The notes under the pieces were generated by a model. That model made no database searches and had not been told where the DNA came from. It was given only the letters and a program-made list of their open reading frames with translations. Shown here piece by piece: positions 1 to 9,704 of a stretch of DNA of 64,000 bases (positions are counted from its first letter, which is position 1; every line of letters begins with the position of its first letter). The DNA is taken from positions 11,104 to 75,103 of the forward strand of contig CALROO020000016.1 of NCBI GenBank assembly GCA_943369795.1, read 5' to 3'. This stretch comes from Rhizobium sp. Q54. Its GTDB lineage: Bacteria > Pseudomonadota > Alphaproteobacteria > Caulobacterales > Caulobacteraceae. The position numbers and the translations under genes were made by a program.

Positions 1-237
1 CTCGGGTCCGACCATATGTTGCGGTCCCTTGTTGTACCGGGCCGCGACCACCAGCGGATGGCCCATCTCGCGCAGGATCGCCTCGCGCTCGTCGTCGGTC
101 AGGGACCGCCCCAGCGCCTCTTCCTTCTCCTCGAACCGGTTCAGAAGCGTGTCGCGCAGTTCGGCGACGATGTCCTCGCGCTGGTCCTTGTCCAGCTGCG
201 CGGCGACCGCGCTCAGATAGTGTTCCAGCAGGTCCAT
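1..237 (-). CDS. HAAS-like signalling-domain protein, partial (runs off window start)
   Basis: Not in the ORF track. Manual translation from the ATG at 237 gives MDLLEHYLSAVAAQLDKDQREDIVAELRDTLL...EAILREMGHPLVVAARY, the usual partner downstream of PadR genes. Confidence 0.75.
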   Translation of the reverse strand, partial: MDLLEHYLSAVAAQLDKDQREDIVAELRDTLLNRFEEKEEALGRSLTDDEREAILREMGHPLVVAARYNKGPQHMVGPE

Positions 238-259
238 GATCGGCCCCTTCCCCAAAATG

Positions 260-589
260 TCAGATGATCTTGTCGAGCGAGGCATTGATCCCCCGCCATT
301 CGATGGCCAGGGCCGCCAGCATGTCGGTGCCCATGGGCGACAGGCGATAGAACCGCTTCTTGCGCTTCTCCTCCTCGCGCCATTCGCTGGTCAGCAGACC
401 CTGACTCTCCAGCCGTCGCAGCAGCGGATAGAGGGTCGATTCCTCCATCTCCAGCCCATCCCCGGCCAGGGCCTGGCGCAGCGTATAGCCGTACCGCTCC
501 TCCCTCAGCCGGGCGAGCACGGCCAGGACCAGCGACCCGCGCCGCAGCTCCAGCCGCATCTGCTCAAACAGGTCTGCATCGAACGACAC
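260..589 (-). CDS. PadR family transcriptional regulator
   Basis: ELRRGSLVLAVL...RYGYTL...ESTLYPLLRRLE..GLL.SEW...RKRFYRL pattern. GTG start at 589 chosen because a GGAG RBS lies at 600-597. Confidence 0.9.
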   Translation of the reverse strand: MSFDADLFEQMRLELRRGSLVLAVLARLREERYGYTLRQALAGDGLEMEESTLYPLLRRLESQGLLTSEWREEEKRKKRFYRLSPMGTDMLAALAIEWRGINASLDKII

Positions 590-606
590 CGCGCCACTCC
601 GTGACG

Positions 607-648
607 TCACATAGTGTGTGACACACAGTGTATGCGACATACTGTGTG
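607..648. promoter_or_regulatory. Triple tandem operator (14-bp period), probably PadR autoregulatory
   Basis: ACATAGTGTGTG (609-620), ACACAGTGTATG (623-634), ACATACTGTGTG (637-648) immediately upstream of padR. Confidence 0.6.
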
Positions 649-720
649 AGGAAGTCAAGCGGCGCGCCCTTCCCCTCCCCGCTGCGTTCGCTAAAGCTGG
701 CTCCAGACACGGGGATTTCC

Positions 721-3369
721 ATGACCATCAGCCGCCTGCTCGCCGCCGCCTGCGCCGCCGCCCTTCTGGCCACGACCGCATCGGCCCAGACCGACACCCC
801 CCTGATCCCCGGCGCGACCTACGATCCAGCGGTGCCGACGGTGCAAGCGGTCCTCGGCTATGACACCGGCCAGCGCATCACCCGCCCCGCCGACGTCCGC
901 CGCTATTTCGAGGCCCTGCGCGCCCAGTCGCCCGACCGGATGGCGATCGGCGAATATGGTCAGACACACGAAGGTCGCCCCCTGTTCTGGGCCGCCGTCG
1001 GCACGCCCGCCAACATCGCCCGACTGGATGCCATCAAGGCCGCCTCGCGCGCCCTCGCCGACCCCCGCACGACCAGCCCAGCCGAGGCCCAGGCGATCCT
1101 GGCCGACCAGCCGGTCATCGTCTGGCTGGCCTATTCCGTGCACGGAAACGAGATCAGCCCCGCCGACGCCGCCATGGCCGCCGCCCGCCACCTGCTGGCC
1201 TCGCGCGATCCGGCGGTGCAGGGCTGGCTGGCCAATACCGTCGTGGTCTTCGTCCCGATCCAGAACCCGGACGGGCGCGAGCGTTTCCTGTCGACCTTCA
1301 CCGCCGGGTCCGGCATCCGCCCCAACCCCGACGGCCTGTCGGCGGAGCGGGACGAGCCCTGGCCGTCCGGGCGCTACAACCACGACCTGTTCGACCTGAA
1401 CCGCGACTGGTTCATCCAGACCCAGCCCGAGACCCGGGGCCACACCGCCGCCGTGCTGGACTGGCGACCCCAGGTGCTGGTGGACGCCCACGAAATGGGC
1501 ACGGACCAGACCTTCTTCTTCCCGCCCGAGGCCCAGCCCCTGAACCCTTGGCTGACGCCCGAGACCCTGGCCAGCCGCGAGCTGATCGGCCGCAACACCG
1601 CCCGCCGCTTCGACGCCCTCGGCATCCCCTATTTCACCGGCCAGGAATACGACGCCTTCTATCCAGGCTACGGCGACGGCTGGCCCGCCTACCTCGGCGC
1701 GGTCTCCATGACCTACGAACAGGGCTCGGCCCGGGGCCTGGCCGCGCGCCGCTCGTCGGGCGAGGTCATCACCTTCCGCGACACGGTCCGAAACCATTTC
1801 GTGGCCAGCCTGTCGACGATCGAGGCGGCCTCGGCCAATCGCGAGCGGCTGCTGAACAATTTCTTGGCCTATCACCGCGACGGCGTCGCCGGTCGCGGGG
1901 CCTATGTCCTGGCCCCCGCCCCGCACGACCCCACGGCCGCCGACAGTCTGGCCGGCCTCCTGGTGCGTCAGGGGCTGGAGGTCGGACGCGCCGAGGCCGC
2001 CTTCACATCTTGCGGTCGGTCCTACCCCGCCGGTTCCTATGTCGTGAACCTGTCCCAGCCCCAGCGTCGCATGGCCGAGGTCCTGTTGGCCCGCGACGTC
2101 GCCGTACCACCCGCCTTCCTGGCCGAACAGGAGCGTCGCCGTGCGCGCGGCCTGCCGGACGAGATCTATGACGTCACGGCCTGGTCCCTGCCCTTGATGT
2201 TCAACGTCCCGACCGAGCGGTGCGCCACCGCCCCCTCGGTCACCGTCACCGACGCCGCCCCGGACCGCATCCGCCCTCTCGCCGTCGCCAATGCCGAGGC
2301 CGCCTACGGCTATCTGGTCGCGCCGGGCCTCGCCGCCACCCGCCTGAAGGCCGCCGCCCTGTCACAAGGGCTGGCGCTGCGCGTCATGGACCGCCCCTTC
2401 ACCCACGCGGGCCGCGACTGGCCTTCCGGCACCCTGGTCCTTCCCCGCGCCGACAACCGCGAGCACGACCTGACCGCCCTGACCGCCGACTGGGCCCGCA
2501 CCTTCGGGACCCCCATCACCGGCATCGACGACAGCTGGGTCGAACGCGGTCCCAGCTTCGGCTCGCGCGACGCCATCAGCCTTCGCGCACCGAATATCGC
2601 CCTGGCCTGGGACGCGCCCGCCGACCCCTCTGCCGCCGGGGCCACCCGCTATGTGATCGAGCGCGAGTTCGACTATCCGGTCACCGCCGTCCGCGTCTCG
2701 ACCCTGTCGAGCGCGGACCTCGATCGCTATCAGGTGCTGGTCGTCCCCGATGGCGGCAACTATGCCGGAACCCTCGGCACCGGCGGCATGGCCCGGCTGA
2801 AGGCCTGGGTCGAGCGCGGCGGCACCCTCATCACCCTGGGCCGCGCCACCCGGATGGTCACGACCGAGACCGCAGGCATGCTGGCCTCCCGCCGCGAGGG
2901 CGCGCCCAAGGGCGACACCCCCGACGACGAAAACGGCCCTCTGATCGCCTCCGAGGCCGAATACCAGACCATCATCGGCGAGAGCGAACGCGGCCCCGAC
3001 AGCGTCGCCGGCGTCCTGGCCCAGGCCCGGATCGATCCCGAACACTGGCTGTCGGCGGGGGTCGCCCCCAACCTGAATTTCCTGGTCAAGGGCTCCGACA
3101 TCTACAGCCCCCTGAAGCGCGGCGAGGGCACCAACCTGGCCTCTTTCACCTCCGCCGACACCCTGCTGGCGTCGGGCCAACTCTGGGCCGAGAACCGCGC
3201 CCAGCTGGCCTTCAAGCCCGCCGTCATGGTGGCACCCATGGGTCGCGGCCAGATCATCGCCTTCACCCAGGACGCCACCTCGCGCGGCTATCTGGACGGC
3301 CTGAAGGTCCTGTTCGCCAACGCCCTGTTCAACGCCCCCGCCCACGCCTCGCCGACGTGGGTAGATTAG
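721..3369 (+). CDS. Secreted M14 family zinc carboxypeptidase
   Basis: Signal peptide MTISRLLAAACAAALLATTASA; Zn motifs SVHGNE, NPDG, DLNRDW, DAHEMG; C-terminal glutamine-amidotransferase-like region (LKAWVERGGTLI). Confidence 0.88.
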   Translation: MTISRLLAAACAAALLATTASAQTDTPLIPGATYDPAVPTVQAVLGYDTGQRITRPADVRRYFEALRAQSPDRMAIGEYGQTHEGRPLFWAAVGTPANIARLDAIKAASRALADPRTTSPAEAQAILADQPVIVWLAYSVHGNEISPADAAMAAARHLLASRDPAVQGWLANTVVVFVPIQNPDGRERFLSTFTAGSGIRPNPDGLSAERDEPWPSGRYNHDLFDLNRDWFIQTQPETRGHTAAVLDWRPQVLVDAHEMGTDQTFFFPPEAQPLNPWLTPETLASRELIGRNTARRFDALGIPYFTGQEYDAFYPGYGDGWPAYLGAVSMTYEQGSARGLAARRSSGEVITFRDTVRNHFVASLSTIEAASANRERLLNNFLAYHRDGVAGRGAYVLAPAPHDPTAADSLAGLLVRQGLEVGRAEAAFTSCGRSYPAGSYVVNLSQPQRRMAEVLLARDVAVPPAFLAEQERRRARGLPDEIYDVTAWSLPLMFNVPTERCATAPSVTVTDAAPDRIRPLAVANAEAAYGYLVAPGLAATRLKAAALSQGLALRVMDRPFTHAGRDWPSGTLVLPRADNREHDLTALTADWARTFGTPITGIDDSWVERGPSFGSRDAISLRAPNIALAWDAPADPSAAGATRYVIEREFDYPVTAVRVSTLSSADLDRYQVLVVPDGGNYAGTLGTGGMARLKAWVERGGTLITLGRATRMVTTETAGMLASRREGAPKGDTPDDENGPLIASEAEYQTIIGESERGPDSVAGVLAQARIDPEHWLSAGVAPNLNFLVKGSDIYSPLKRGEGTNLASFTSADTLLASGQLWAENRAQLAFKPAVMVAPMGRGQIIAFTQDATSRGYLDGLKVLFANALFNAPAHASPTWVD

Positions 3370-3372
3370 GCG

Positions 3373-4116
3373 TCACCGACAGAAGGCTCGCCCCGGTTCC
3401 AGATGCAGGTGATCCTGATGCGCCGCGTCGTAGTCGGGGCTCAGGGCTGTGCCGAATATCCGACAGGCGTCGTCGCGTATCCGCCTCAGGAACACGGCCT
3501 CCGGGCCTGAGCCGGACCAGTCCGCCGCGACCGTGATGCGCCGTCCGTCCCGCAGCCGCACGCCCGCGATATCGATCGCCGCCGCGCGCGAGTGGGCGCT
3601 GGGCCGGGCCCCCGGTCGGTTGGAGACGCTGCGACAGGCATAGGTGCCGTAGTGGTCGATCTGGACCACGTCCGAGCCCAGCAGTTCGCGCGCTGCAGGC
3701 TCGACCGACTGCCGTCGCCAGACGCTCAGCGCCAGGGCCGTCTCGCACGTCATGGTCGCCTCCGCCGGTGCCATCCGCGCCACCGTGCCCAGGTCGGCCC
3801 CCAGCACCCCGGCCGCGCTCAAGCCACAGGTCTCGGAGTTCACCCGGTCCGGCACCGGCGTGAACCGCACCCGTGCCGCCTCCAAGGTCGCGGCGCAGAC
3901 CTCCAGCCCAATACCCGCCCGCGCGATACGCGCCCGCGTCCCGCCCTCGACCGGGGCATCGACCAGGCCGAAATCCGCAGCAGCGGTGGAGCGCACCGGT
4001 GCTGCCCCGCCCGAGCGGTTGACCGGGCTGACCGGTGCGTCCGGGATCAGCCGCCCGCATCCGGCCAGCCCCAGCACCATCAGCGCCACAGCGCCACCTG
4101 TCGTCATCATCCGCAT
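3373..4116 (-). CDS. Extensin-like family lipoprotein
   Basis: Lipobox LAGC; GTYACR...SAHS.A.AIDIAG...ACRIFGTALSPDYDAAHQDHLHL. Confidence 0.85.
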   Translation of the reverse strand: MRMMTTGGAVALMVLGLAGCGRLIPDAPVSPVNRSGGAAPVRSTAAADFGLVDAPVEGGTRARIARAGIGLEVCAATLEAARVRFTPVPDRVNSETCGLSAAGVLGADLGTVARMAPAEATMTCETALALSVWRRQSVEPAARELLGSDVVQIDHYGTYACRSVSNRPGARPSAHSRAAAIDIAGVRLRDGRRITVAADWSGSGPEAVFLRRIRDDACRIFGTALSPDYDAAHQDHLHLEPGRAFCR

Positions 4117-4139
4117 GAAACCGAGCCTAGCCGGATTCG

Positions 4140-4349
4140 CTAGTCCGTCAGCCAGAACAGCCCCTCCACCGTCGTGCCCAACGCCCGCGCCAAGGCCAGG
4201 GCCAGGGTCGTGGATGGCACGAACACCCCGTTCTCGACGGTGTTGATGGTCTTCCTCGACACCCCGGCCATCGTCGCCAGCTCGACCTGTGTCAGGCCCG
4301 CCGCCGTCCGGACCTCCTTGAGCCGCGAGCCTAACCGCGGATCACCCAC
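4140..4349 (-). CDS. XRE/Cro-type helix-turn-helix regulator
   Basis: LKEVRTAAGLTQVELATMAGVSRKTINTVENGVFVPS...TVEGLF. Confidence 0.92.
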   Translation of the reverse strand: MGDPRLGSRLKEVRTAAGLTQVELATMAGVSRKTINTVENGVFVPSTTLALALARALGTTVEGLFWLTD

Positions 4350-5070
4350 CCGCGTCGTCCCCGCGTTCCGCCGCCCGTTCCAGCAGGGCGAAACGCACGA
4401 CCGCGATGAGCGCGGCGATCGCCATGACAGGCAGGATCAGCATCACCGCCGCCTCCGTGCGCCACAGAGCCAGAAGATAGAGCGCACTGGCCCCGATCAT
4501 CATCACCACGAAGCCCAGCGTCATCGCTTTCGTGCGGATCGCCTGGGTGTGTTCGTCGTCAAGGTATTTGCGCATCTTCGGCGTGATCGAGCCGTCACGA
4601 CCCGTCAGCACCATAACGGGCGCCGAAACCAGTATCAGGCCGACGGCGGCGTTGATCGCACGCGCAAAATTACCGTCGCCGGACAAGACGTCCCACGCGG
4701 CCCCCATCGACGACGGCATCAGACCAAAGATCAGGATGAAGACGTACAGCATCCAGTGGGTGCGCCCTTGCTGGATCTTTTCATACCACGGCGTCGCCTT
4801 GGCCAGCCGCAAAGTGTCCTCAGACGGCTCGCTCCGCCTCAGCTGATGCACGCCCCAGACCGTCAGGGCGAGAGCTGCAACCCCGCCCATGGCGGCGGCC
4901 CAGTACCACACCCCCTGCACCAGACCCGAGATGATTGCACCGAACGCCACAACAAGGCCCGGTCCTCCGATGACAAGCGGGATCGTGCCGATCAAATTGC
5001 GGCGCTGTCGGTCATGCTCGGCACGGATCAAAGCCTGATAATCCGTGTCCGGATCGCGCGCATCACTCAT
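4342..5070 (-). CDS. Hypothetical multi-pass membrane protein (paralog of upstream gene)
   Basis: About 6 hydrophobic segments; overlaps both neighbours; YLDDEHTQAIRTKAMTLGF motif. Confidence 0.75.
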   Translation of the reverse strand: MSDARDPDTDYQALIRAEHDRQRRNLIGTIPLVIGGPGLVVAFGAIISGLVQGVWYWAAAMGGVAALALTVWGVHQLRRSEPSEDTLRLAKATPWYEKIQQGRTHWMLYVFILIFGLMPSSMGAAWDVLSGDGNFARAINAAVGLILVSAPVMVLTGRDGSITPKMRKYLDDEHTQAIRTKAMTLGFVVMMIGASALYLLALWRTEAAVMLILPVMAIAALIAVVRFALLERAAERGDDAGG

Positions 5071-5770
5071 CGCCACCCTCCGCCTGCCGATCCAGCCACG
5101 CAAATCGCAGCCCCACGACCGACGCTGTTCCGATCAGTGCGACAGGCATCGCCACCAGCGCCCACTCCGGCCGCCAGAGACCGATCAGATAGACGCCGCC
5201 CATCGCGCACGTCAGGACGGGAAATCCCAGCGCCATGGCCCTTCCCCGCATGGCGCGCGTGAACTCGTCTTCCAGCCATTTGCGATTCTGACGGGCCCAG
5301 CTGTTTCCGATCCCGTCCCATCCCCCCATGAAGAGGACGATCAGCAGGGCGGCCAGAGGCAGGGTCGCCACGAACCCATAGTCGTGTCCATCCGCCGTCC
5401 CCTCGGCGACGCGCAGCAGGGGCGCGAACGCGCCGGCCAGCAGGCCCCACGCGGTGAGGGACAGAACATGGACCCGGTCGTTGCGTGCTCGTTGCATCCG
5501 GTCACGCCGCCCGACCAGGGCCTCGAGACGCTTCGCATCCTGGCCCGACCTCACGATCAGGGTCGCGATCGCCGCGATCAACGAAACCACCACCGCCCCC
5601 ATCCAGATCGCGTCGGAGAACGGGGTATCCATTCCGCTTGTCCGCGCGGCGGCCAGGGCAATCGCGCCACAGACCAGCCCTGCGATCATCACGGATATGC
5701 CGATGCGTTCACGCCTCTGACGCTTGCGTTCTCGTGTTAGAAGCGCGTCGATCTCCCTGTCATCCGCCAT
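5063..5770 (-). CDS. Hypothetical multi-pass membrane protein
   Basis: About 6 hydrophobic segments; WLEDEFTRAMRGRAMALGF motif; GGAG upstream of the ATG at 5770. Confidence 0.75.
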   Translation of the reverse strand: MADDREIDALLTRERKRQRRERIGISVMIAGLVCGAIALAAARTSGMDTPFSDAIWMGAVVVSLIAAIATLIVRSGQDAKRLEALVGRRDRMQRARNDRVHVLSLTAWGLLAGAFAPLLRVAEGTADGHDYGFVATLPLAALLIVLFMGGWDGIGNSWARQNRKWLEDEFTRAMRGRAMALGFPVLTCAMGGVYLIGLWRPEWALVAMPVALIGTASVVGLRFAWLDRQAEGGDE

Positions 5771-5790
5771 CAGGTCCACTCCACACCACT

Positions 5791-5828
5791 ATGTCACCTT
5801 GAGGTGACATATCACCTATGGGTTACAC
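5791..5828. promoter_or_regulatory. Palindromic operator pair, probably for the XRE regulator
   Basis: ATGTCACCT-TG-AGGTGACAT (5791-5810) has perfect 9-bp arms; a degenerate copy ATATCACCTATGGGTTACAC follows at 5809-5828. Confidence 0.65.
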
Positions 5829-5957
5829 GCCTGTCAAGCCCATGTTGGCTTCGTGCGTCCGAACGCAGCCAACCGCCGCCCGCCGCGTTGTTGTGACCCC
5901 CAGCCCCGGTCGCTATACCGCCCGGCGGCGCGACGCCGACGCCTCAAGGAATTCCCG

Positions 5958-7454
5958 ATGCTCAAGCCCCGCCAGGACCTGGTTCCCAACACCTTCGAAT
6001 TCGAAACCACGCCCCTGGTCAAGCCGACGGGGTTTCGCGAATACGACGCGCGCTGGATCCTGGACAAGGAGATCAATCTGCTGGGCATCCAGGCCCTGGG
6101 TCTGGCCCTGGCCACCTATGTCCATGAGATCGGCCAGACGCCGCGTATCGTCGTCGGCCACGATTTCCGCTCCTATTCGCTGGGCGTCAAACAGGCCCTG
6201 ATCATCGGCCTGCTGGAAGGCGGGATGGAGGTCGTCGACATCGGCCTCGCCTTGTCGCCTATGGCCTATTTCGCTCAGTTCGCCCTGGACTGCCCCTCCG
6301 TGGCCATGGTCACCGCCTCGCACAACGAGAACGGCTGGACCGGCGTCAAGATGGGCGCGAAAGCCCCGCTCACCTTCGGCCCGGACGAGATGGGTCGTCT
6401 GAAGGACATCGTCCTGAATGGTGAGGGCGTCGCCAAGGGCGGCGGCAAGCTGGAACGCGTCGAGGGCTTCCGCGACCGCTACATCGCCGAGGTCACCTCC
6501 AAGGTGAAGCTGACCCGCCCGCTGAAGGTCGTCTGCGCCTGCGGCAACGGCACCGCCGGGGCCTTTGCGCCCGAGGCCCTGCGCCTGATGGGGGCCGAGG
6601 TGATCGAGATGGACACCGACCTCGACTACACCTTCCCGAAATACAATCCGAACCCCGAAGACCACGCCATGCTGATGCAGATGGCGGCCAAGGTGCGGGA
6701 GACCGGGGCCGACCTGGCCCTGGGTTTCGACGGTGACGGCGACCGCTGCGGCGTGGTCGATGACACCGGCGAGGAAATCTTCGCCGACAAGATCGGCCTG
6801 ATGCTGGCCCGCGACCTGTCGGCCCTGCACCCCAACGCCACCTTCGTCGTCGATGTGAAATCGACCGGCCTCTACAAGACCGACGAAGTGCTCAAGGCCA
6901 ATGGCGCGACCACGGTCTACTGGAAGACCGGCCACTCCTACATCAAGCGCAAGACCGCCGAACTGGGCGCCCTGGCCGGGTTCGAGAAATCGGGCCACTT
7001 CTTCCTCGCCGGCCCCTTGGGCCATGGCTATGACGACGGCCTGGTCGCCGCCGGCGCCGTCCTGGCCATGCTGGACCGCAATCCAGGCAAGTCGCTCAGC
7101 GAGCTGAAATCCGCCCTGCCGGACGCCTGGACGAGCCTGACCATGTCGCCGCATTGCTCGGACGAGACCAAATACCAGGTGCTGGAAAAACTGGTCGCCG
7201 AATACGTCAAACTGGGCGAGGAGGGTGGTTCGATCTGTGGACGGAAGATCGTCGAGGTCATCACCGTCAACGGGGCCCGCGTGCATCTGGAGGACGGGTC
7301 CTGGGTCCTGGTCCGCGCCTCGTCGAACAAGCCGGAACTGGTCGTGGTGGTCGAGAGCATGCGGTCCGCCGACGACATGCGCGACCTGTTCCGCCAGGAG
7401 ATGAAGCCCCGCCTCGCCGCCCACGGGGTCAGCGACTACAATCAGGAAATCTGA
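5958..7454 (+). CDS. Phosphomannomutase/phosphoglucomutase
   Basis: FREYDAR, VTASHN phosphoserine motif, FDGDGDR metal loop, GFEKSGH, VRASSNKP. Confidence 0.95.
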   Translation: MLKPRQDLVPNTFEFETTPLVKPTGFREYDARWILDKEINLLGIQALGLALATYVHEIGQTPRIVVGHDFRSYSLGVKQALIIGLLEGGMEVVDIGLALSPMAYFAQFALDCPSVAMVTASHNENGWTGVKMGAKAPLTFGPDEMGRLKDIVLNGEGVAKGGGKLERVEGFRDRYIAEVTSKVKLTRPLKVVCACGNGTAGAFAPEALRLMGAEVIEMDTDLDYTFPKYNPNPEDHAMLMQMAAKVRETGADLALGFDGDGDRCGVVDDTGEEIFADKIGLMLARDLSALHPNATFVVDVKSTGLYKTDEVLKANGATTVYWKTGHSYIKRKTAELGALAGFEKSGHFFLAGPLGHGYDDGLVAAGAVLAMLDRNPGKSLSELKSALPDAWTSLTMSPHCSDETKYQVLEKLVAEYVKLGEEGGSICGRKIVEVITVNGARVHLEDGSWVLVRASSNKPELVVVVESMRSADDMRDLFRQEMKPRLAAHGVSDYNQEI

Positions 7455-7505
7455 TCGGGGCCCGCGTCCCGTGACGTTTCCGTCGGCGCGGCCTAGATTG
7501 GCATC

Positions 7506-8618
7506 ATGAGCCTGACCGACCCCGCGCCTGCACCCTCGACCGCCAAGGCTCCGCCTGCCGGGTTCGGCAAGGGGTTCGTGCTGGACACCTGGTATTTCGT
7601 CGCCCTCAGCCGCGACGTCTTGCCCGGCAGCCTGAAGCGGCACGAGCTGATGGGCGAGCCGGTTCTGGTCGGGCGCACCCGCGCCGGGGCCGTCTATGCC
7701 CTGCGCGACATCTGCCCCCACCGCGCCGCGCCCCTGTCGGCCGGCCGGATGGTCGAGCGGCCCGGCGAAGGCGAGACGGTCGAATGCCCCTATCACGGCT
7801 GGCGGTTCCGCACCGACGGCACCTGCGCCGCCATCCCCTCCCTGGTCGAGGATCAGGCCGACATGGCCGACCGGATCCGGGTCCGGTCCTATCCGGTGGC
7901 CGAGAGCCAGGGGCTGGTCTTCGTCTTCGTGCGCTCGGACCCGCGCGACGACACCGCCCCCGACCACGCCCCGCCCGTCTTCCCCGGCGTCGTCGGCGGG
8001 AGTGCGAAACTGGTCGAGGCGATGGATTTCGACAGCCATATCGACCACGCCGTCGTCGGCCTGATGGACCCCGCCCACGGCCCCTATGTGCATCAGCAGT
8101 GGTGGTGGCGGTCCGAGCATTCGATGCACGAAAAGGCCAAGGCCTTCGCCCCCGCCGACCTCGGCTTCGCCATGGTGCGGCATGCGCCGTCGTCGAATAG
8201 CCGCGCGTACAAGATCCTGGGCGGAGCCCCGGCGACGGAGATCACCTTCCGCCTGCCCGGCTATCGCTGGGAGCATATTCTGGTCGGCGACAAACAGGTC
8301 CTGGCCCTGACCTGCCTGACCCCTGTCACCGAGACGAAGACCCGCATCACCCAGATCTTCTGGTCCGACCACTGGGTGTTCGGCCTGGCCCGTCCCTTCC
8401 TGCGCCAGGGCGTTCGCGCCTTCCTGAAACAGGACGGCGGCATGGTGAACCTGCAGAACGAAGGCCTGCGCTACGACCCGGCCCTGATCTGGATCGACGA
8501 CGCGGACAAACAGGCCAAATGGTACCAGCAACTGAAGCGCGAATGGGCCCGCAGCCGCGCCGAGCACCGCCCCTTCGTCAACCCGATCGAGCCCGTCACC
8601 CTGCGCTGGAAAAGCTGA
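7506..8618 (+). CDS. Rieske non-heme iron oxygenase, catalytic (alpha-type) subunit
   Basis: CPHR...CPYHGW Rieske ligands; DPAHGPYVH mononuclear iron motif. Confidence 0.9.
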   Translation: MSLTDPAPAPSTAKAPPAGFGKGFVLDTWYFVALSRDVLPGSLKRHELMGEPVLVGRTRAGAVYALRDICPHRAAPLSAGRMVERPGEGETVECPYHGWRFRTDGTCAAIPSLVEDQADMADRIRVRSYPVAESQGLVFVFVRSDPRDDTAPDHAPPVFPGVVGGSAKLVEAMDFDSHIDHAVVGLMDPAHGPYVHQQWWWRSEHSMHEKAKAFAPADLGFAMVRHAPSSNSRAYKILGGAPATEITFRLPGYRWEHILVGDKQVLALTCLTPVTETKTRITQIFWSDHWVFGLARPFLRQGVRAFLKQDGGMVNLQNEGLRYDPALIWIDDADKQAKWYQQLKREWARSRAEHRPFVNPIEPVTLRWKS

Positions 8619-9408
8619 GCCCCACGATCCGGCGCACCAGATCGCTTTCGGCCTCGAACAGCGGGTCCAGCACGGTGAAATGGTTCAGCCCCGGCAGGGC
8701 CTGGTACCGCGTCGCGGCCCCTTGTGCCCCCCAGACATTCGCCATCGTCCGGCTCTGCTCCAGGAACGCCGCCGTCTCGTCCCCGCCGACCACGCAGTCC
8801 AGCACCGCCCCCTCCGGCACCGCCCAATGCAACGGCGACAACCCCCGCGCCGTATCCGCATCCAGCCCCAGGGCCGCGTTCAGCGATGTCCCGATCAGGG
8901 GCTCCAGATCGAACACCCCCGAGATCGCCGCCGCCGCCGCCGCCCGCCCCTCGCTCAGCAGACAGGCCGCCAGATGCCCCCCGGCGGAATGGCCGAACAC
9001 CACCGGCCGCCGCCCGGCCCGCGCCGTCAGCACCTCCACCGCCGCCCGCATCTGCTCCACGATCGTCGCCAGCGACACCTCGGGACACAGGTCATAGGCC
9101 GGGATCGCCACCCCCACCCCATGCGCCCGGAACGCCGGCACGATGCCGCTGAACCACGACGGGTCCAACGCCTGCCAGTATCCCCCATGGATGAACACCA
9201 CGACCGGCGCCCCCGGCTCCGCCTCGAACAGGTCGATCGTCTCGCGCGCCCGCGCCCCATAGGCCAGCCGCTCCGGCGGGGTCGCCGCGCGCACGGCCTC
9301 AGCCGCCGCCTTCCAGCGCGCCATCACCGCCGGGTGATCCGGCACCGCCGCGCGATTGTTGTAGAGGGCCTCGGCATCCCCCTCGACCGTCCCGGGCTTA
9401 CGCGTCAC
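8596..9408 (-). CDS. Alpha/beta hydrolase (arylformamidase-like esterase)
   Basis: VFIHGGYW oxyanion motif, GHSAGG nucleophile elbow, NHF catalytic His. Confidence 0.88.
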   Translation of the reverse strand: MTRKPGTVEGDAEALYNNRAAVPDHPAVMARWKAAAEAVRAATPPERLAYGARARETIDLFEAEPGAPVVVFIHGGYWQALDPSWFSGIVPAFRAHGVGVAIPAYDLCPEVSLATIVEQMRAAVEVLTARAGRRPVVFGHSAGGHLAACLLSEGRAAAAAAISGVFDLEPLIGTSLNAALGLDADTARGLSPLHWAVPEGAVLDCVVGGDETAAFLEQSRTMANVWGAQGAATRYQALPGLNHFTVLDPLFEAESDLVRRIVGLSFSSAG

Positions 9409-9449
9409 GCATCCATCCGCTATCCCCTCCCGACAGGGAGATTTCCGCC

Positions 9450-9704
9450 ATGATGACCGCCATCTTCGTCTTCATCAAATGCGAGCTGGGCCACGCCAAT
9501 GACGTCGCCGCCGACATGGTCGACAATGTCGAGAACGTCTCGGAGGTCTATTCCACCTCGGGTCAGTACGACCTGCTGGCCAAATTCCAGCTTCCGAAGG
9601 AGATGGACATCGGCACCTTCGTGACCAAGTCCGTCCAGACCCGCCCCCACATCCGCGACACCTTCACCGTCATCACCTTCTCGCCGTTTCTGCCCAGCCG
9701 CTAG
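9450..9704 (+). CDS. Lrp/AsnC ligand-binding (RAM) domain-only protein
   Basis: AIFVFIKC...VSEVYSTSGQYDLLAKF...IRDTFT; no HTH present. Confidence 0.85.
   Translation: MMTAIFVFIKCELGHANDVAADMVDNVENVSEVYSTSGQYDLLAKFQLPKEMDIGTFVTKSVQTRPHIRDTFTVITFSPFLPSR

Noticed and set aside
607-648. Short tandem repeats as a possible CRISPR array or iteron set
   Set aside because: The units are 14 bp with no spacers, and no cas or rep genes are present. An operator fits better.
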